From the NCBI RefSeq assembly GCF_902713615.1, contig NC_052172.1, positions 6,739,337 through 6,803,336 on the forward strand: a stretch of 64,000 bases of DNA, given 5' to 3'. This DNA comes from Scyliorhinus canicula (taxonomy: Eukaryota). The notes below the pieces were generated by a model. The model worked only from the letters and a program-made list of their open reading frames with translations. It made no database searches and was not told where the DNA came from. Below, piece after piece: positions 63,942-64,000 of this stretch. Numbering within the stretch: position 1 is the first letter of the stretch; each line of letters begins with the position of its first letter. The position numbers and the translations under genes were made by a program.

Positions 63942-63965
63942 CACATTTCCGCTCTCTCTTTACCT
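63942..63965 (-). other. Candidate distal or duplicate C1s-type start-codon exon (AGGTAAAGAGAGAGCGGAAATGTG)
   Basis: Flanked by acceptor tctctttcag and donor gtgagt. Shares an identical 15-mer (plus strand actcaccacatttcc) with 47361-47375. Confidence 0.45.
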
Positions 63966-64000
63966 CTGAAAGAGATGACTGGAGCATTTCAGCTTCTGCT

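Overview
Eukaryotic genomic DNA from a cartilaginous fish (elasmobranch-type HE1/V-SINEs, SacSINE/DeuSINE, CR1 LINEs), mostly repeat-derived. Two immune genes lie on the minus strand. The first is the 5' half of a complement C1s-like protease: an ATG micro-exon at 47367-47371, then CUB1, EGF and CUB2 exons at 30842-31058, 29231-29408, 5312-5431, 1652-1848 and 487-634; all are GT-AG, phase-compatible and open, and the gene continues off the left edge. The second is an intact T-cell-receptor V gene, most likely TRBV: leader 61074-61122, V exon 60421-60712, 23-bp RSS 60382-60420 and a CRE/ETS promoter. The C1s introns hold a ~12.7-kb CA-rich satellite, a ~5.7-kb Harbinger transposon, a 1.4-kb polypyrimidine tract and a 33-bp minisatellite array with inverted blocks and a young L1. 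CR1, Penelope and pogo relics flank the proximal ATG exon. Main lead: the CA satellite repeatedly builds near-consensus 12-bp RSSs (CACAGTG-N12-ACAGAAACC) in deletional orientation to the V 23-RSS. Second lead: a duplicate C1s-type start exon at 63942-63965 would nest the TCR V gene inside a C1s intron. All calls were made by eye, without database searches.
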